Positions 1-10,826 of a stretch of DNA of 64,000 bases are shown piece by piece. The notes beneath the pieces are model-generated. The model saw only the letters and a list, made by a program, of their open reading frames with translations. It was not told the origin of the DNA and did not search any database. Every line of letters starts with the position of its first letter. Positions within the stretch are counted from its first letter, which is position 1. The stretch spans positions 28,241-92,240 of the forward strand of contig JAZDOS010000028.1 of NCBI GenBank assembly GCA_043798375.1, in the 5' to 3' direction. Made by a program: the position numbers and the translations under genes. This stretch comes from Candidatus Omnitrophota bacterium. GTDB taxonomy: Bacteria; Omnitrophota; Gorgyraeia; 2-01-FULL-45-10.

Positions 1-611
1 ACAAAAGTATAGGTCGCGTAGAAGGCCGCGACTTCGTTTGCCCCAAGCCACACGAAAGTCCCGCTTATCTTTGTCCTATTCCACCACGCGGTAATGTCAC
101 TGACCTGTTTCACCGTATAGCGATCCATCAAAAACATGACAAGACATATAAAAATGAATAATGATTTAAGTCCTTTCTTGTCCCGAATATTATTAAGGGT
201 AACGAAGAATAACAGGGGAAGTATCATATAATTCTTCCAGTTCTGCACCCTGGGATCCGCAGGATCCAGAGGAAGCGGTAAACCGAGATACGTTGAGCCA
301 TGCCAAAGAGTGAAATATGTGAAGATAGCATATAAGAAAAGTATTTTATTATATGAAGTCCGCTCAAAAAGCGGCGCGCCCGTAGAGCTTTTACATACTA
401 TCCATCCTATCAGCATTCCTATTAAGATGATGTCATTCAGTTGATTTCCCATCGGAAATGGCCGCAATTTGAGAAATACGTTCTGCATGGGAATGATAAA
501 CATCAAAAATAGAAGGCCGTATCTCACTTTTCCGGAAATGGAAATTATCAGTATTATGAAACCCGCAAAATAAATGGCCCATAAGGCAAAATCTTTAATT
601 AAGGCAATCAT
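1..611 (-). CDS. O-antigen ligase/polymerase (Wzy/WaaL-like) membrane protein, 5' part; runs off window
   Basis: Hand translation from ATG at 611: MIALIKDFALWAIYFAGFIILIISISGKVRYGLLFLMFIIPMQN...KISGTFVWLGANEVAAFYATY. Open to window edge, many hydrophobic segments, G..N motif typical of Wzy_C proteins; polysaccharide locus context. Confidence 0.7.
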   Translation of the reverse strand, partial: MIALIKDFALWAIYFAGFIILIISISGKVRYGLLFLMFIIPMQNVFLKLRPFPMGNQLNDIILIGMLIGWIVCKSSTGAPLFERTSYNKILFLYAIFTYFTLWHGSTYLGLPLPLDPADPRVQNWKNYMILPLLFFVTLNNIRDKKGLKSLFIFICLVMFLMDRYTVKQVSDITAWWNRTKISGTFVWLGANEVAAFYATYTF

Positions 612-1704
612 TGAGCAGCTCCTCTACCCTGTCCTCAAGATTAAATCTTTCTTCAACCCACCTTCTCCCGGCTATTCCAAATGCCTGCCTCAGATCCTTA
701 TTACTTAACAATCGTATTATTTGTTCCGCAAGCCTTCCGCTATCTCCGGCAGGCACAAGAAAACCCGTCTTTCCATCTTTGACAACCTCCGGCACGCCTC
801 CCACATTAGTGGCCACAACTGGTATCCCGAACATCGCGGCCTCAGCAATAGATAATCCGAAAGATTCCGCAAAAGAGGCGCTCACAAATACGTCCGTAGC
901 TTCTAATATGTACGCCGGATATTCCTTTAGAAGACCGGTGAATATTATTTTTTCTTTTATTTGTAATTTTTCAGCCAACCTTTCATAGATATCTTTATCG
1001 CCGCCGCCGATTATAATAAAATGCGCCTTTGGCACTTTATCTAGCACCACTTTTGCCGCCCTTATAAATACATCCATACCTTTACGCGGTATAAGGGAGC
1101 CTATAGAAGTAACGATCGGATTGTCATTAGATAAACCCTCTTCTTTTCGAAAATCACGGCCTGAATCCATATTTCTAAAGCTCTCTATCTTTATCCCATT
1201 ATAAACTACGCGCATCTCTTTTCGTATATTAAGGGCTTCCAAAAATCTCTTATTGGCTTCCGATACACAGATTATCCTATTTACAAAAAAAGTGATAAAA
1301 CGTAACTTAGAAAAATGGCGGTTTACAAATTTCAATTCATTAATGGGTATGATCTCGCCATGATAATGATAAATTATTTTAAACCCAAAAATACGCAAAA
1401 TACAAAAGACGAAAGCAAAATTAAGAGAGCTGCAAAAATGAAAATCTATAACACTGGGGCGTTCCCGTAAAATAAGCTTCGCTAATTCTATTGAAAAACG
1501 AAAGGATGTCCAGTCATCGTTCATTGCACAAACCCGGGCATTCAGCTTTTCCAAAGATTCTTTTATTTCCGGAGTATTAATCCTTGGGAATACGAAGCTC
1601 ATATATATATTCTTCTCTTTTGATTTATGCGCAAGCTCAAGCATAAAATCCTCAAAGCTACCGTGCTTCTGAATGCGGCTGTTAAAAATCTGCAGAATAG
1701 TCAT
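595..1704 (-). CDS. GT4 family glycosyltransferase
   Basis: VVYNGI, GSLIPRKG, ESFGLSIAEA, VVATNVGGVPEVV GT-B motifs. Confidence 0.93.
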   Translation of the reverse strand: MTILQIFNSRIQKHGSFEDFMLELAHKSKEKNIYMSFVFPRINTPEIKESLEKLNARVCAMNDDWTSFRFSIELAKLILRERPSVIDFHFCSSLNFAFVFCILRIFGFKIIYHYHGEIIPINELKFVNRHFSKLRFITFFVNRIICVSEANKRFLEALNIRKEMRVVYNGIKIESFRNMDSGRDFRKEEGLSNDNPIVTSIGSLIPRKGMDVFIRAAKVVLDKVPKAHFIIIGGGDKDIYERLAEKLQIKEKIIFTGLLKEYPAYILEATDVFVSASFAESFGLSIAEAAMFGIPVVATNVGGVPEVVKDGKTGFLVPAGDSGRLAEQIIRLLSNKDLRQAFGIAGRRWVEERFNLEDRVEELLNDCLN

Positions 1705-2795
1705 TTATCAAATAACTCCAAATATAAGTTGCAATAATTTTCTGCCATTTTATCGAGTGTGAAATTTTCCGCATTTTTTCGCGCATCGAGCCGCATCTCC
1801 TCAAACATTTCAACATCATTCTGCAAAGCCTGTATCGCTTTAACAATTCCTTCGGAACTATTCTTTGATACCATGATACCTGTCCTTCCGTTAATCTGTG
1901 TTTCAGGTAACCCCCCAGAATTACTATATATTGCCGGTAAATAATGAGCTTGTGCCTCCAATGATACTATTGGGCAGTTTTCTTCCCATACAGAAGGTAT
2001 TATTACAAAATCACTGTTTAACATTAATTTTGAAATATCGGACTGGTGCCCCACAAATTCTACAATTTTGGCTAGATTATTATTTTTAACATATTCTCTC
2101 ATCGGTTCATATAATGGGCCAGACCCTACAATTGTAAGAGTGGCGCCTATCTGTCTCTTCATTAATAAAGAAAAGGCATGAAGGAGAACCCACAACCCCT
2201 TATTTTCGATCAATCGACCGATAAAAATTGCTTTTCTAGGACTACCTGATGCTCTTTTCGGTAAAATAATATTTGGCATATCTATGCCATTGTAAATAAA
2301 TGATACGTTTCTAGAGCCATAAATATTTCGCAACCTTTCCATAGAAGATTCTGAGCAGCCAAGAACTATTTCTGGCAGATAACCAACGCTTCTAAGGCTT
2401 TTTCGCACTATTTTTTTTGTCAGCGAAAATTTTATGGATTCCCATGAATCATGATCTGTCATAACCCAACGAAAATTATTATTAAATATTTTATTTACTA
2501 TCCAAAGCCCATTTCGCTGTAAAACAGCATGTGTATGGAATATCGCCTTGTTAAACTTTCTCGCTTTAGCATATAAATTTCTTAAGACCCATAAGGTGCT
2601 TTGAAGGTGAGCTTTCGTTGCCTCACATTTGCCAAAATCCGAGATATGCAGCTTGTTATTTCCTCTGTAAAGACAAAAATGTTCAACTCCATGCTTTCCT
2701 AAGTATTCGCTTATTCTTTTGGGAAAATTCTCCCACCAGGAAAAAGTGCTGCCATATGTTTGTAATGGAAATAACGAAAAAACCGCTTTTCTCAT
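1701..2795 (-). CDS. GT4 family glycosyltransferase
   Basis: IYNGI, GRLIENKG, PSVWEENCPIVSLEA, SNSGGLPE. Confidence 0.92.
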   Translation of the reverse strand: MRKAVFSLFPLQTYGSTFSWWENFPKRISEYLGKHGVEHFCLYRGNNKLHISDFGKCEATKAHLQSTLWVLRNLYAKARKFNKAIFHTHAVLQRNGLWIVNKIFNNNFRWVMTDHDSWESIKFSLTKKIVRKSLRSVGYLPEIVLGCSESSMERLRNIYGSRNVSFIYNGIDMPNIILPKRASGSPRKAIFIGRLIENKGLWVLLHAFSLLMKRQIGATLTIVGSGPLYEPMREYVKNNNLAKIVEFVGHQSDISKLMLNSDFVIIPSVWEENCPIVSLEAQAHYLPAIYSNSGGLPETQINGRTGIMVSKNSSEGIVKAIQALQNDVEMFEEMRLDARKNAENFTLDKMAENYCNLYLELFDK

Positions 2796-2798
2796 AAG

Positions 2799-3779
2799 TT
2801 ATTGCTCAGCTTTCAGTAAGGATATTTGTTGTGATGTTCGTTTTAATTCATGCTGTCTTGAATATTTTCTCCGGATTCGTTTGGTAAACATCCATATTAT
2901 CGTCTTATAAACAGCGAGATTAAAAGGGTTGTTCAAGAATGCTTTGATATTATAGAATAAATAAATTAAATATTTATTGCTAAATTGTACTGAATTTATG
3001 GCAAGCCTCGCATGTCGTATGTATGTCATTGAAAGTGCTTGCCTGTATGTAATTCCAAAGATTTGTTGTTTATTTAAATACAACCTTTTGATCACTGCTT
3101 CGCTTGCCTTAAAATTGTCTAAACTCTTTTCAGAAAGCGAATTGGGGCTTCTTCTCCATAACACTAATGGTGTGTTGAGGTAATAAAAATTGAACTTCTG
3201 CGATGCTTGCAAATAGAAAAGAAAATCATGGCCAAGACCGTAATTTTCTAAACGCTCATCATAACGTATATGTTCATATACCTCTTTTCTTATAGTAACA
3301 CTCGGATTATTAGGAAAACTGCCATACGTAACCAACGCTCTAAAGCATTCTTTCTGGGACATTGCTGACTTAGTATAGGGTGCATATATATCTCCTAACG
3401 AGCCGTAACTATTAAAAGTTTGCAACGATGAATAAAGAATCGATATTTCTTTATGCGCGTCCAATATTTCGATTTGTTTCTCGAGCCTTTCCGGCATAGA
3501 TATATCATCATGTTCAAATATGGATATATATATTCCTCTTGCCTCTTTAATACAAAAATTGTAAGCCGCGGCTACACCATTACGAGTTCTACTATAATAT
3601 CTAATGCGTTTATCTTTCTCAGCATAATTCTTAACAATCTCTCCAGTATTATCAGTTGAGCCATCATCTGTAACTATAATCTCAAAATCTTGGAAGGTTT
3701 GACTTAAGGCAGATTTAATGGCGTCGCCGATAAAACGAGCCCCATTATATGTCGGCATTATAATACTAACTTTTGGCAT
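2799..3779 (-). CDS. GT2 family glycosyltransferase
   Basis: VSIIMPTYN, DDGSTD, EHDD (DxD-like). Confidence 0.93.
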   Translation of the reverse strand: MPKVSIIMPTYNGARFIGDAIKSALSQTFQDFEIIVTDDGSTDNTGEIVKNYAEKDKRIRYYSRTRNGVAAAYNFCIKEARGIYISIFEHDDISMPERLEKQIEILDAHKEISILYSSLQTFNSYGSLGDIYAPYTKSAMSQKECFRALVTYGSFPNNPSVTIRKEVYEHIRYDERLENYGLGHDFLFYLQASQKFNFYYLNTPLVLWRRSPNSLSEKSLDNFKASEAVIKRLYLNKQQIFGITYRQALSMTYIRHARLAINSVQFSNKYLIYLFYNIKAFLNNPFNLAVYKTIIWMFTKRIRRKYSRQHELKRTSQQISLLKAEQ

Positions 3780-3786
3780 ATATAAC

Positions 3787-4443
3787 CTATTTCCCTATCT
3801 TTTGAGCAATACATGCGAATTGCTTATATCTCATATCATTTATTTGGCCTAACAACATATGATTCAATAGATTGAATTTCCACGACCAATCGATCCCGTT
3901 TATGCCAACAATCGATAAAACCCTATATCCACATTTAAAAAATAGATCTTTGATACTCTTAATTGTAAAAAACCTTAAATGCGTATTGTCTAACACCCCC
4001 TCCTCTACATAAGTCCACTCTTTTTTAACCATAAGATCTTTAAATGTATAAAAATATCTCATATTCGGAATTGAAGCAACGATATATCCATTCTCCTGAA
4101 GATGATCAGCCATGTTTTTTAATACGCCCCAAGGGTCGATAAGATGCTCCAGGACATCATTAAAAACAATACAATCAAAGTATGATGGAGGCAGGGCGCT
4201 TATATCCTTTTCGATGTCGGCTGTAATCACTTTATTTAGCTTGGTTTTAGCGGAAGAGGCGGCTTTATCAGATTTTTCAATCCCCCATACTTCCACATCC
4301 TTTCTTGATTTCAACAAAAGACCGAACTCCCCTGCTCCGCATCCGACATCAAGTATTTTTTTAGCATCTTGCGGCAAAAAGCTTAGCATTTCCTCTCGTT
4401 TGACCGTGTAATATTTATTAGACTTTTTTCCGGAGCTTAGCAT
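3787..4443 (-). CDS. Class I SAM-dependent methyltransferase
   Basis: ILDVGCGAG, FNDVLEHL, THLRFFT. Confidence 0.9.
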   Translation of the reverse strand: MLSSGKKSNKYYTVKREEMLSFLPQDAKKILDVGCGAGEFGLLLKSRKDVEVWGIEKSDKAASSAKTKLNKVITADIEKDISALPPSYFDCIVFNDVLEHLIDPWGVLKNMADHLQENGYIVASIPNMRYFYTFKDLMVKKEWTYVEEGVLDNTHLRFFTIKSIKDLFFKCGYRVLSIVGINGIDWSWKFNLLNHMLLGQINDMRYKQFACIAQKIGK

Positions 4444-4458
4444 ATTTTTACATGTAAA

Positions 4459-5103
4459 TCAGTTGGGCGTTATCAAAGTTTTAACGAACTTCTTAAAGTT
4501 ATATATACATCTGAACTTAAAGACATCTATATTACTTATATTCTTAAGTCTTTTCTTTTTTATTGCAGAATACAAACGTATAGGTGACAGGTCTGTTTCA
4601 ACAAAATTTGAAGGCTTTTTTGCTTTAATAAAAACTCCATCCCATTTCCCATTGTCTTTTTCCAGGATCTCGATTCCTAAATCCGAAAAAATGCGACTCA
4701 TATCATCTAATTCGAATCTCCAGAAATCATACGGAAAACCATGGTATGGGAACAGTTTTGACCTGGTAGTTAAATACAGACATCCATTCGGTTTTAAAAT
4801 ATTTTTAAAGTTGCTGATAGCCTCTTGCCAATCTTTGATATGCTCTATGCATTCGAGAGATATAAGGATGTCGAATCTCTCTTTACCATACCTTTTTAGC
4901 AAATTCTCTGCATAGCATATTTCATCAACACAAGGGCCCATCTGGATGTCCGTACCAAGGTAACTTGACGGCTTCAAACTTTCGATATAAGACCGGCAGG
5001 ACCCGTTTACATTTCTGGCTCCAATTTCAATCACTGTTTTACCAAAGATCTCGTCTTTGTTTGCGTTTTTTTGAATAAAGCTTAAACCGGATTCAGTACA
5101 CAT
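4459..5103 (-). CDS. Class I SAM-dependent methyltransferase
   Basis: VIEIGAR, ECIEH, FPYHGFPYDFWRF. Confidence 0.85.
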   Translation of the reverse strand: MCTESGLSFIQKNANKDEIFGKTVIEIGARNVNGSCRSYIESLKPSSYLGTDIQMGPCVDEICYAENLLKRYGKERFDILISLECIEHIKDWQEAISNFKNILKPNGCLYLTTRSKLFPYHGFPYDFWRFELDDMSRIFSDLGIEILEKDNGKWDGVFIKAKKPSNFVETDLSPIRLYSAIKKKRLKNISNIDVFKFRCIYNFKKFVKTLITPN

Positions 5104-5112
5104 TGTTCCGCC

Positions 5113-5829
5113 TCAATAATTTTTCGAAAGAAGGGTTTCTTTTATTAAATTCAGTTTTCTATTTCGCATCTCCACGACATTATCAATATCGAATTCTACA
5201 TCTTCTCTTTGAACCTTTTTCTTCACCGGCCATGTCATGCCGCCGAAATGTCTTACTTCCTTATGAAATTTACATGGAACAAACCTATATTTCGCTTGAC
5301 TCGTAAACTGCTGATATGCCATGCCTCCCGTATCGTATTTTCCAGTAACGCCCCAGCGCAATCCAAGTTCCCGCTGGACATCGGTTCTCACAAGCAACGC
5401 AAGAGGCCAGAATCTTCTCATCGTCTTTTTCCATAAGAAGCGTATCTTCCAGCCGTATACAAAATTCGCTACAACTGCGCCTACAATCGCATTTCTTGGA
5501 TGTTTTTCCATTAATGCTACACGCTTTTCAAGCCAGCCATTTTTTAAAATCTGGGTGTCATCGTGTAAAAACAAAAAATATGGCGTATTGACAAACCTTA
5601 TCATAGAGTCTTTGGGCAGTGCCTGATCTTCCGGTTTCACCAATTTTATATCAGTCCTGCTTTCCAGAAACTTGCGCGTCTGGTCGTCAACACCGGCATC
5701 CCCTACGATGATTTTGTAAGGATAATCCGCAGTATATTTTTTTACAGACTCAAGGCAGAGCTCAAGCATATATCGACTATCAAATCTGGTCGGTATTAAA
5801 ATGGTTACTTCCCTTTTTCCGTAATTCAT
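5113..5829 (-). CDS. GT2-like glycosyltransferase
   Basis: VTILIPT, IIVGD, FLFLHDD. Confidence 0.8.
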   Translation of the reverse strand: MNYGKREVTILIPTRFDSRYMLELCLESVKKYTADYPYKIIVGDAGVDDQTRKFLESRTDIKLVKPEDQALPKDSMIRFVNTPYFLFLHDDTQILKNGWLEKRVALMEKHPRNAIVGAVVANFVYGWKIRFLWKKTMRRFWPLALLVRTDVQRELGLRWGVTGKYDTGGMAYQQFTSQAKYRFVPCKFHKEVRHFGGMTWPVKKKVQREDVEFDIDNVVEMRNRKLNLIKETLLSKNY

Positions 5830-5847
5830 ATGGACCTACCCATCATT

Positions 5848-7317
5848 TCAAATTTTTATTACCTTACGGATATCAAACCCCAAGTATGAAATGTAGCTTT
5901 TAACAAAAATTCGATATATAAAGTATGGGGATATCATAACCGTATATACCGTAACCAAAACAATAAGCCTAATCTCGGCGATACGTATATAGGCTCCCAA
6001 AATCCTTGCAACAAATAACGTAATTAGAGACGCCAGGAGTGAAACCAATATCGGTTCGATTGAAGAGCGCACAAAATCACCTAACCTTATTATTCGTTCT
6101 TTGTGCAATACGCTGAGGTATGTTACCAATGAAATAACATTGTAGACAAATAAGACAACAGCTATCCCTTTCAGTCCCCAATTAACGGCAAAGTATAATC
6201 CTGCAGCAAAAGGAATCAAGAGCAAGAATCCGATTATGAAAGTCATAAAAGGTTTCCCAACAGCTTGAAGTATATTTATAAAATATATTTGCGAAAGGCT
6301 GAGAAGAACTGCCAAAGACAACCATGGCAATATCTCCGCTGAGGCTAACCATTTCTCACCAAAAAGGCCTATTATGGTTTCCTTTGGAAAAAATGTGAAA
6401 AAAAACAATACCGGAACGGCAATTGAATATGTAAAAAAATTAAATTTTCTGAACCATTCCCTCACCTTCAGATTGTCGTTTTGAATGCTTGAAAACCCGG
6501 GAAGAAGCACGGTTACTATATTGGATTTCACTTTTTCGGCCGGTAACTGGCCGAGATTTGAAGCTCGCGTAAAATATCCAAGGTCGATTGTGCCCAGGTA
6601 TTTTCCGGCGATTATCCTCTGCAAATTCCAAGAGAAAAAGCCTACTGTTTCCGATAGTGCTATGAACACACCGAATCCCAGCAAATGTCTTGCCGCTGTT
6701 CCGTCGAACAATAGTTTTGGCTTCCAGTTAAAAAATTTAAAGCCCCAGTAAATTCTTATCAATGTCATTCCTAGCGCACCGGCAATAATCCCCCACACAA
6801 AACTGAATGGGCCGTATCCCATCATAGCAAGCGGTATCGCGACAATGCCATAAAACGATGAATTCGCTATTCCTACGAGGCTTATATTTTTAAAAAACAT
6901 ATTTCGTCCCAATAACGCAGAAGGCACTCTGTCTAATGCATATATGATAAATGTAATTCCAATCAGACGCGCAAGAAGAGTAAGTGACGGCTCGCCAAAA
7001 AATCTTGCCAATAACGGCGCGGAGATCCACATTACCGAGAAACAGCCTGCCCCCATCGCAAGGCTTATAGTAAAAGCTGTATTGAGATGTTCGTCCGATA
7101 TTTCCTCCCGCTGTATTATCGCCGAGTTTATACCGAGCTGCCAGAACATGAATATAAAGCCCGATAAAACCTGCGTCATCCCATAGAGACCGAAGTCTTT
7201 AGGGGACAAAATTCTTGCCAAGACGATGCCGTTTATAAAATATGTAACCTGGCAGATAATATTCGCTATAAACTGCCATTTAATCCCGTGTTTAACTTTT
7301 TTTGATATGCTTTCCAT
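5848..7317 (-). CDS. wzx: Wzx-type polysaccharide flippase
   Basis: LARILSPKDFG, AIIQR, about 12 hydrophobic segments. Confidence 0.9.
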   Translation of the reverse strand: MESISKKVKHGIKWQFIANIICQVTYFINGIVLARILSPKDFGLYGMTQVLSGFIFMFWQLGINSAIIQREEISDEHLNTAFTISLAMGAGCFSVMWISAPLLARFFGEPSLTLLARLIGITFIIYALDRVPSALLGRNMFFKNISLVGIANSSFYGIVAIPLAMMGYGPFSFVWGIIAGALGMTLIRIYWGFKFFNWKPKLLFDGTAARHLLGFGVFIALSETVGFFSWNLQRIIAGKYLGTIDLGYFTRASNLGQLPAEKVKSNIVTVLLPGFSSIQNDNLKVREWFRKFNFFTYSIAVPVLFFFTFFPKETIIGLFGEKWLASAEILPWLSLAVLLSLSQIYFINILQAVGKPFMTFIIGFLLLIPFAAGLYFAVNWGLKGIAVVLFVYNVISLVTYLSVLHKERIIRLGDFVRSSIEPILVSLLASLITLFVARILGAYIRIAEIRLIVLVTVYTVMISPYFIYRIFVKSYISYLGFDIRKVIKI

Positions 7318-7378
7318 TGCCTATAACTGCTTTCTCGAATTAACTAAATCCGTAAACTTTTTCTTATAAAATTTAATA

Positions 7379-8146
7379 CTACGGGCTTAACCTTGCTATT
7401 AACCCATAGCAAGGTGAATAAGCAAGACAAGATGGCAACCTGCTTAAAACAGGCAATGTTTTTAGTAACAGTTTTATTGATATTTTCTGTATAAAATTAG
7501 CCTTTTCGCTGTTAGCCCAAAACCAAAAATTACCGAACCCCCCACAAAAAATTGTATGAAACCCCGATCTTTCAGCTATGTTTTTCCACAGGTAAGGATT
7601 CATGGAAGGAATATAATGTTCTTTATAAGATGCCGTATCAAGAGCACTATGTAATATTCGTTGAATAAACCCTCGATAATTAGGAGTAGAGATAACTAAG
7701 TATCCTCCTTCTTTAACGAGGAAAGCATGTTTGTTTAAAACTTCTTCGAAATTTGTAAAATGCTCAATGAATCCAAAGGAGCATACCACGTCAAATTTGT
7801 TTTTTTCATTGTATTTAAAAAAGTCGACCTCATAAAAATTACCTACTTTATAATTCTCACTTTTTAGCCAATGCGGTAATTCATTGCTAACACGAGGGTA
7901 AAAATCAATTCCATTTAGCTCATAGCCCAATTCACCCCACACTGCGAGATGGCTTCCCGGAAAGCAACCGATTTCCAAAACATTTTTTTCTTCATTTTTT
8001 AAAATTTTAAAATATTCTTCGATCCATCTCCTGACAATACTTTCCTTTGAGGCAATTGAAAAATGCTTATGGTTACTCCAAATATTACACCAAGCTTTCT
8101 GATCACGTAGATTATCCTGCTTTAAAAAATGTTTTATGCTCTTCAT
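7379..8146 (-). CDS. Class I SAM-dependent methyltransferase
   Basis: VLEIGCFPG, FDVVCSFGFIEHF, GGYLVISTPN. Confidence 0.88.
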   Translation of the reverse strand: MKSIKHFLKQDNLRDQKAWCNIWSNHKHFSIASKESIVRRWIEEYFKILKNEEKNVLEIGCFPGSHLAVWGELGYELNGIDFYPRVSNELPHWLKSENYKVGNFYEVDFFKYNEKNKFDVVCSFGFIEHFTNFEEVLNKHAFLVKEGGYLVISTPNYRGFIQRILHSALDTASYKEHYIPSMNPYLWKNIAERSGFHTIFCGGFGNFWFWANSEKANFIQKISIKLLLKTLPVLSRLPSCLAYSPCYGLIARLSP

Positions 8147-9177
8147 TTAGTCACCAGGTTTTTCATCTCGCCAGCGTAGAAGCGGGTGATTATTTTTCGC
8201 CTTAAATAATTAGGATTTCTTTTATAAACGCTGTCCAGCTGCTCAAGGATCCCCAGGATCCTGACAAACCGTATGACAGAATAAGGCGCTTCCCCTCCGC
8301 CATAGTATGCTTTAAGATATTCGCCGACCATACCGTTTAGGTATCGTTCTTTGAACGATAATCCCGGCAGTTTCATCATTGATATATTGAGCCCGGTTAT
8401 AAAGTTGCAAACGTCTTTAATGGTCAGATCTTCTATTTCGGCGGCTATATCCAGAACATATATCCTGCTGCCGTTATGTATTATGTTATGAGGCTGAAAA
8501 TCGCCGTGTTTTAAAGAGATGGGGCAATCGTAGGACGCAACATCACTCTCAAGGGCCTCCATTCTCTCCATGACCTTTCTTCCCAGATCAACAGGTATAT
8601 TGAGATACGGGAATTTATCGATGATCTGCCCGGCTTTGTCGATAAATTTTCCGGTTTCAATTTTTCCGTGCTTACCTTCAAAAGTTGCGCTGTGAAAATC
8701 CTTAAGCCATTCTCCTGTCTCGGAAAACAGGCTTTTCAGAATTGCCTTCCTCGATCTCGTGAGGGGCATTAGCGAGATATTTTTTAAATAGGCGTAAAGG
8801 GTTTCCCCCTCGATCTTTTCCGTGACAAGCAAACCCTTCTCCGGTATGGCATCCAGCGCGTGCGATATCGAATCTTTCAATACGCGGTTTTTGCGCAATA
8901 ACGACAGAATATCGAACTCCTTCACGGTATCCTTTGTGACATCATTATGATAGAGATTATTGTATATCCTTCTTTTTACAATCAATCTTTTCAGCACGCT
9001 ATCGGTGTTATATATGGAAAATTGGTATATTATCGACTTATGATGTTTTTTAAGCAGCGAACCTTCGACCCTGACGTGAGACGAGGCCAGATGCGGATAG
9101 TATTTCTGAAGCCTGTTCTCAATCACGGTCTTTAACTCCAGAATATCTAACGATTTATCGAACGTGTTTTTTACCAT
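8143..9177 (-). CDS. APH/choline-kinase-like phosphotransferase
   Basis: HGDFQPHNII catalytic loop followed by VLD; VTEKIEG. Confidence 0.82.
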   Translation of the reverse strand: MVKNTFDKSLDILELKTVIENRLQKYYPHLASSHVRVEGSLLKKHHKSIIYQFSIYNTDSVLKRLIVKRRIYNNLYHNDVTKDTVKEFDILSLLRKNRVLKDSISHALDAIPEKGLLVTEKIEGETLYAYLKNISLMPLTRSRKAILKSLFSETGEWLKDFHSATFEGKHGKIETGKFIDKAGQIIDKFPYLNIPVDLGRKVMERMEALESDVASYDCPISLKHGDFQPHNIIHNGSRIYVLDIAAEIEDLTIKDVCNFITGLNISMMKLPGLSFKERYLNGMVGEYLKAYYGGGEAPYSVIRFVRILGILEQLDSVYKRNPNYLRRKIITRFYAGEMKNLVTK

Positions 9178-10826
9178 ACCCTGCTTCTTCCGGTTAATTT
9201 AACCAAGACATAGTGCATTAAGGATAAAGGAAAGGCGAGCGAAAGCCTGGCCAGGCCGTCAATGTCCGCATTTTTGATAAATGAGGCTATTTTAGTCGTG
9301 TAGATCCTCGCCCCCGTGGAAAGGAGCGGAAAACGATAGTGCATGTTCCTGTCAGTGATTTTTGAAGGCCAAACGGAATTATCCAGGCGATCTCTTATGC
9401 TGAAGTCCGCGTCATAATAGTCTGCTATCCGCTGAACATAGCCGAGGTACAGCAGGACCCCTTCCCATATGCCGTATTTCAGAGATATTTCTTTAAGGTA
9501 TTCCCAGTTTATGACATTATCGTTTATGAGCCTGATAGTGTTATAGACATCGCATATCCTTATATTAAAATGGCGATACATCCTCTGAAGGACGCACAAT
9601 AATAGGCGGTATTCTGCCTTAGGAACATAAGCTGTCTTATCATCTGTTATATTGACTTTTACCCTCTCCGAAAGCAGGCCTCGCACGAACCTCTTCTCTT
9701 CTCCGAACTCACCCAGCCGCGAACAGTGCACTTCCAGGGTAATATTATTCGGCATCTTATAGTTTCTTTTTACGGCTATCTTTTCTGCTAATGTAGGGAC
9801 GTCCAGTTTTGCCTTATAAAGGCCTATCAATATGTTGTCGATCTCTTCGATAGGCGCATCGGTGCACAGATCAACATCGTGGCCAAGGTCGGGATAGTTA
9901 TCGAGACTCTTTATGACCATGATGCGAAGATTCCGTTTTTCAAATTCTTCAGTGACTTTACCTATGACGTCTACAGCCCTGTCCAGGCGCAGCCCCTCCT
10001 CTTCCAGGATCGGTTTTACCTGTTCCGTCTCCGCAGCGGTTAATAACTTCTCATTGGATCTCAGCCAGCGGACCGTCAGCCTATTCTTGTTCAACACTGA
10101 AAGGATGCGGTTAAATTCAAGTTCTTTTCTATCGCCTTTATAGGCCGGGTTTAACATTGAGCCTGTTATAAAATCAATATATTGAGAATATATATCGGCC
10201 GTTTTCCTCAGGGGTCTCGCTGAATCCCTGAAGCGATCGACTATTTCGCGTTGGACGCTATCTATATCAGCCTGATCGATAATGATGCTTTGCGGCACAG
10301 AATGAAAAATATCAAAATAGGCCGCTCTTCTCTCCTTATAAAAGTCCGGAGGATATTCCGGTTTTCTTCGGTACGCCATTTCAGGCGCCGCGTCAAGCAG
10401 GATCGGCAGATCCGGCCTCAGAACCGCCCTGAGCATACATCTGGTGTATGTCTTCGAGCCGGTGCCGAACAGGTTCGCGAGCGAATCGTACATATAACGG
10501 TCCATTATCAACGTATATCTCTTAATCCTTGTATAATATAACGATTTTATCAATAATATAAAGAGGTCGCCGATATAGACGATCTTTCGAAACAGGACTG
10601 TTTTCGAGTCTTTTCTATTCTTATCGTATCGATAGGATGGGTTATGACCGGCCGCAGCGCCGCGTTCCTCCCTGGGTAAAAGTTTTCTCACTGAAGCAGA
10701 GAGAGATATATCGTCATACATAGTGATACACTTGAATTTATATTTATGCCTTTCCAAAAACTCAGAGAAGAGTTTTATCTGCGTGGTCTTACCGGCACCG
10801 TCCAACCCTGAAAATGTGATCAGCAT
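9171..10826 (-). CDS. Thymidylate-kinase-like P-loop domain fused to a nucleotidyltransferase-like domain
   Basis: MLITFSGLDGAGKTTQ, MDRY, LLDA..RK in the N half; K..DxD (IKSLDNYPDLGHDVDL) and LEVH in the C half. Start placed at ATG 10826, which overlaps the upstream stop. Confidence 0.78.
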   Translation of the reverse strand: MLITFSGLDGAGKTTQIKLFSEFLERHKYKFKCITMYDDISLSASVRKLLPREERGAAAGHNPSYRYDKNRKDSKTVLFRKIVYIGDLFILLIKSLYYTRIKRYTLIMDRYMYDSLANLFGTGSKTYTRCMLRAVLRPDLPILLDAAPEMAYRRKPEYPPDFYKERRAAYFDIFHSVPQSIIIDQADIDSVQREIVDRFRDSARPLRKTADIYSQYIDFITGSMLNPAYKGDRKELEFNRILSVLNKNRLTVRWLRSNEKLLTAAETEQVKPILEEEGLRLDRAVDVIGKVTEEFEKRNLRIMVIKSLDNYPDLGHDVDLCTDAPIEEIDNILIGLYKAKLDVPTLAEKIAVKRNYKMPNNITLEVHCSRLGEFGEEKRFVRGLLSERVKVNITDDKTAYVPKAEYRLLLCVLQRMYRHFNIRICDVYNTIRLINDNVINWEYLKEISLKYGIWEGVLLYLGYVQRIADYYDADFSIRDRLDNSVWPSKITDRNMHYRFPLLSTGARIYTTKIASFIKNADIDGLARLSLAFPLSLMHYVLVKLTGRSRVW

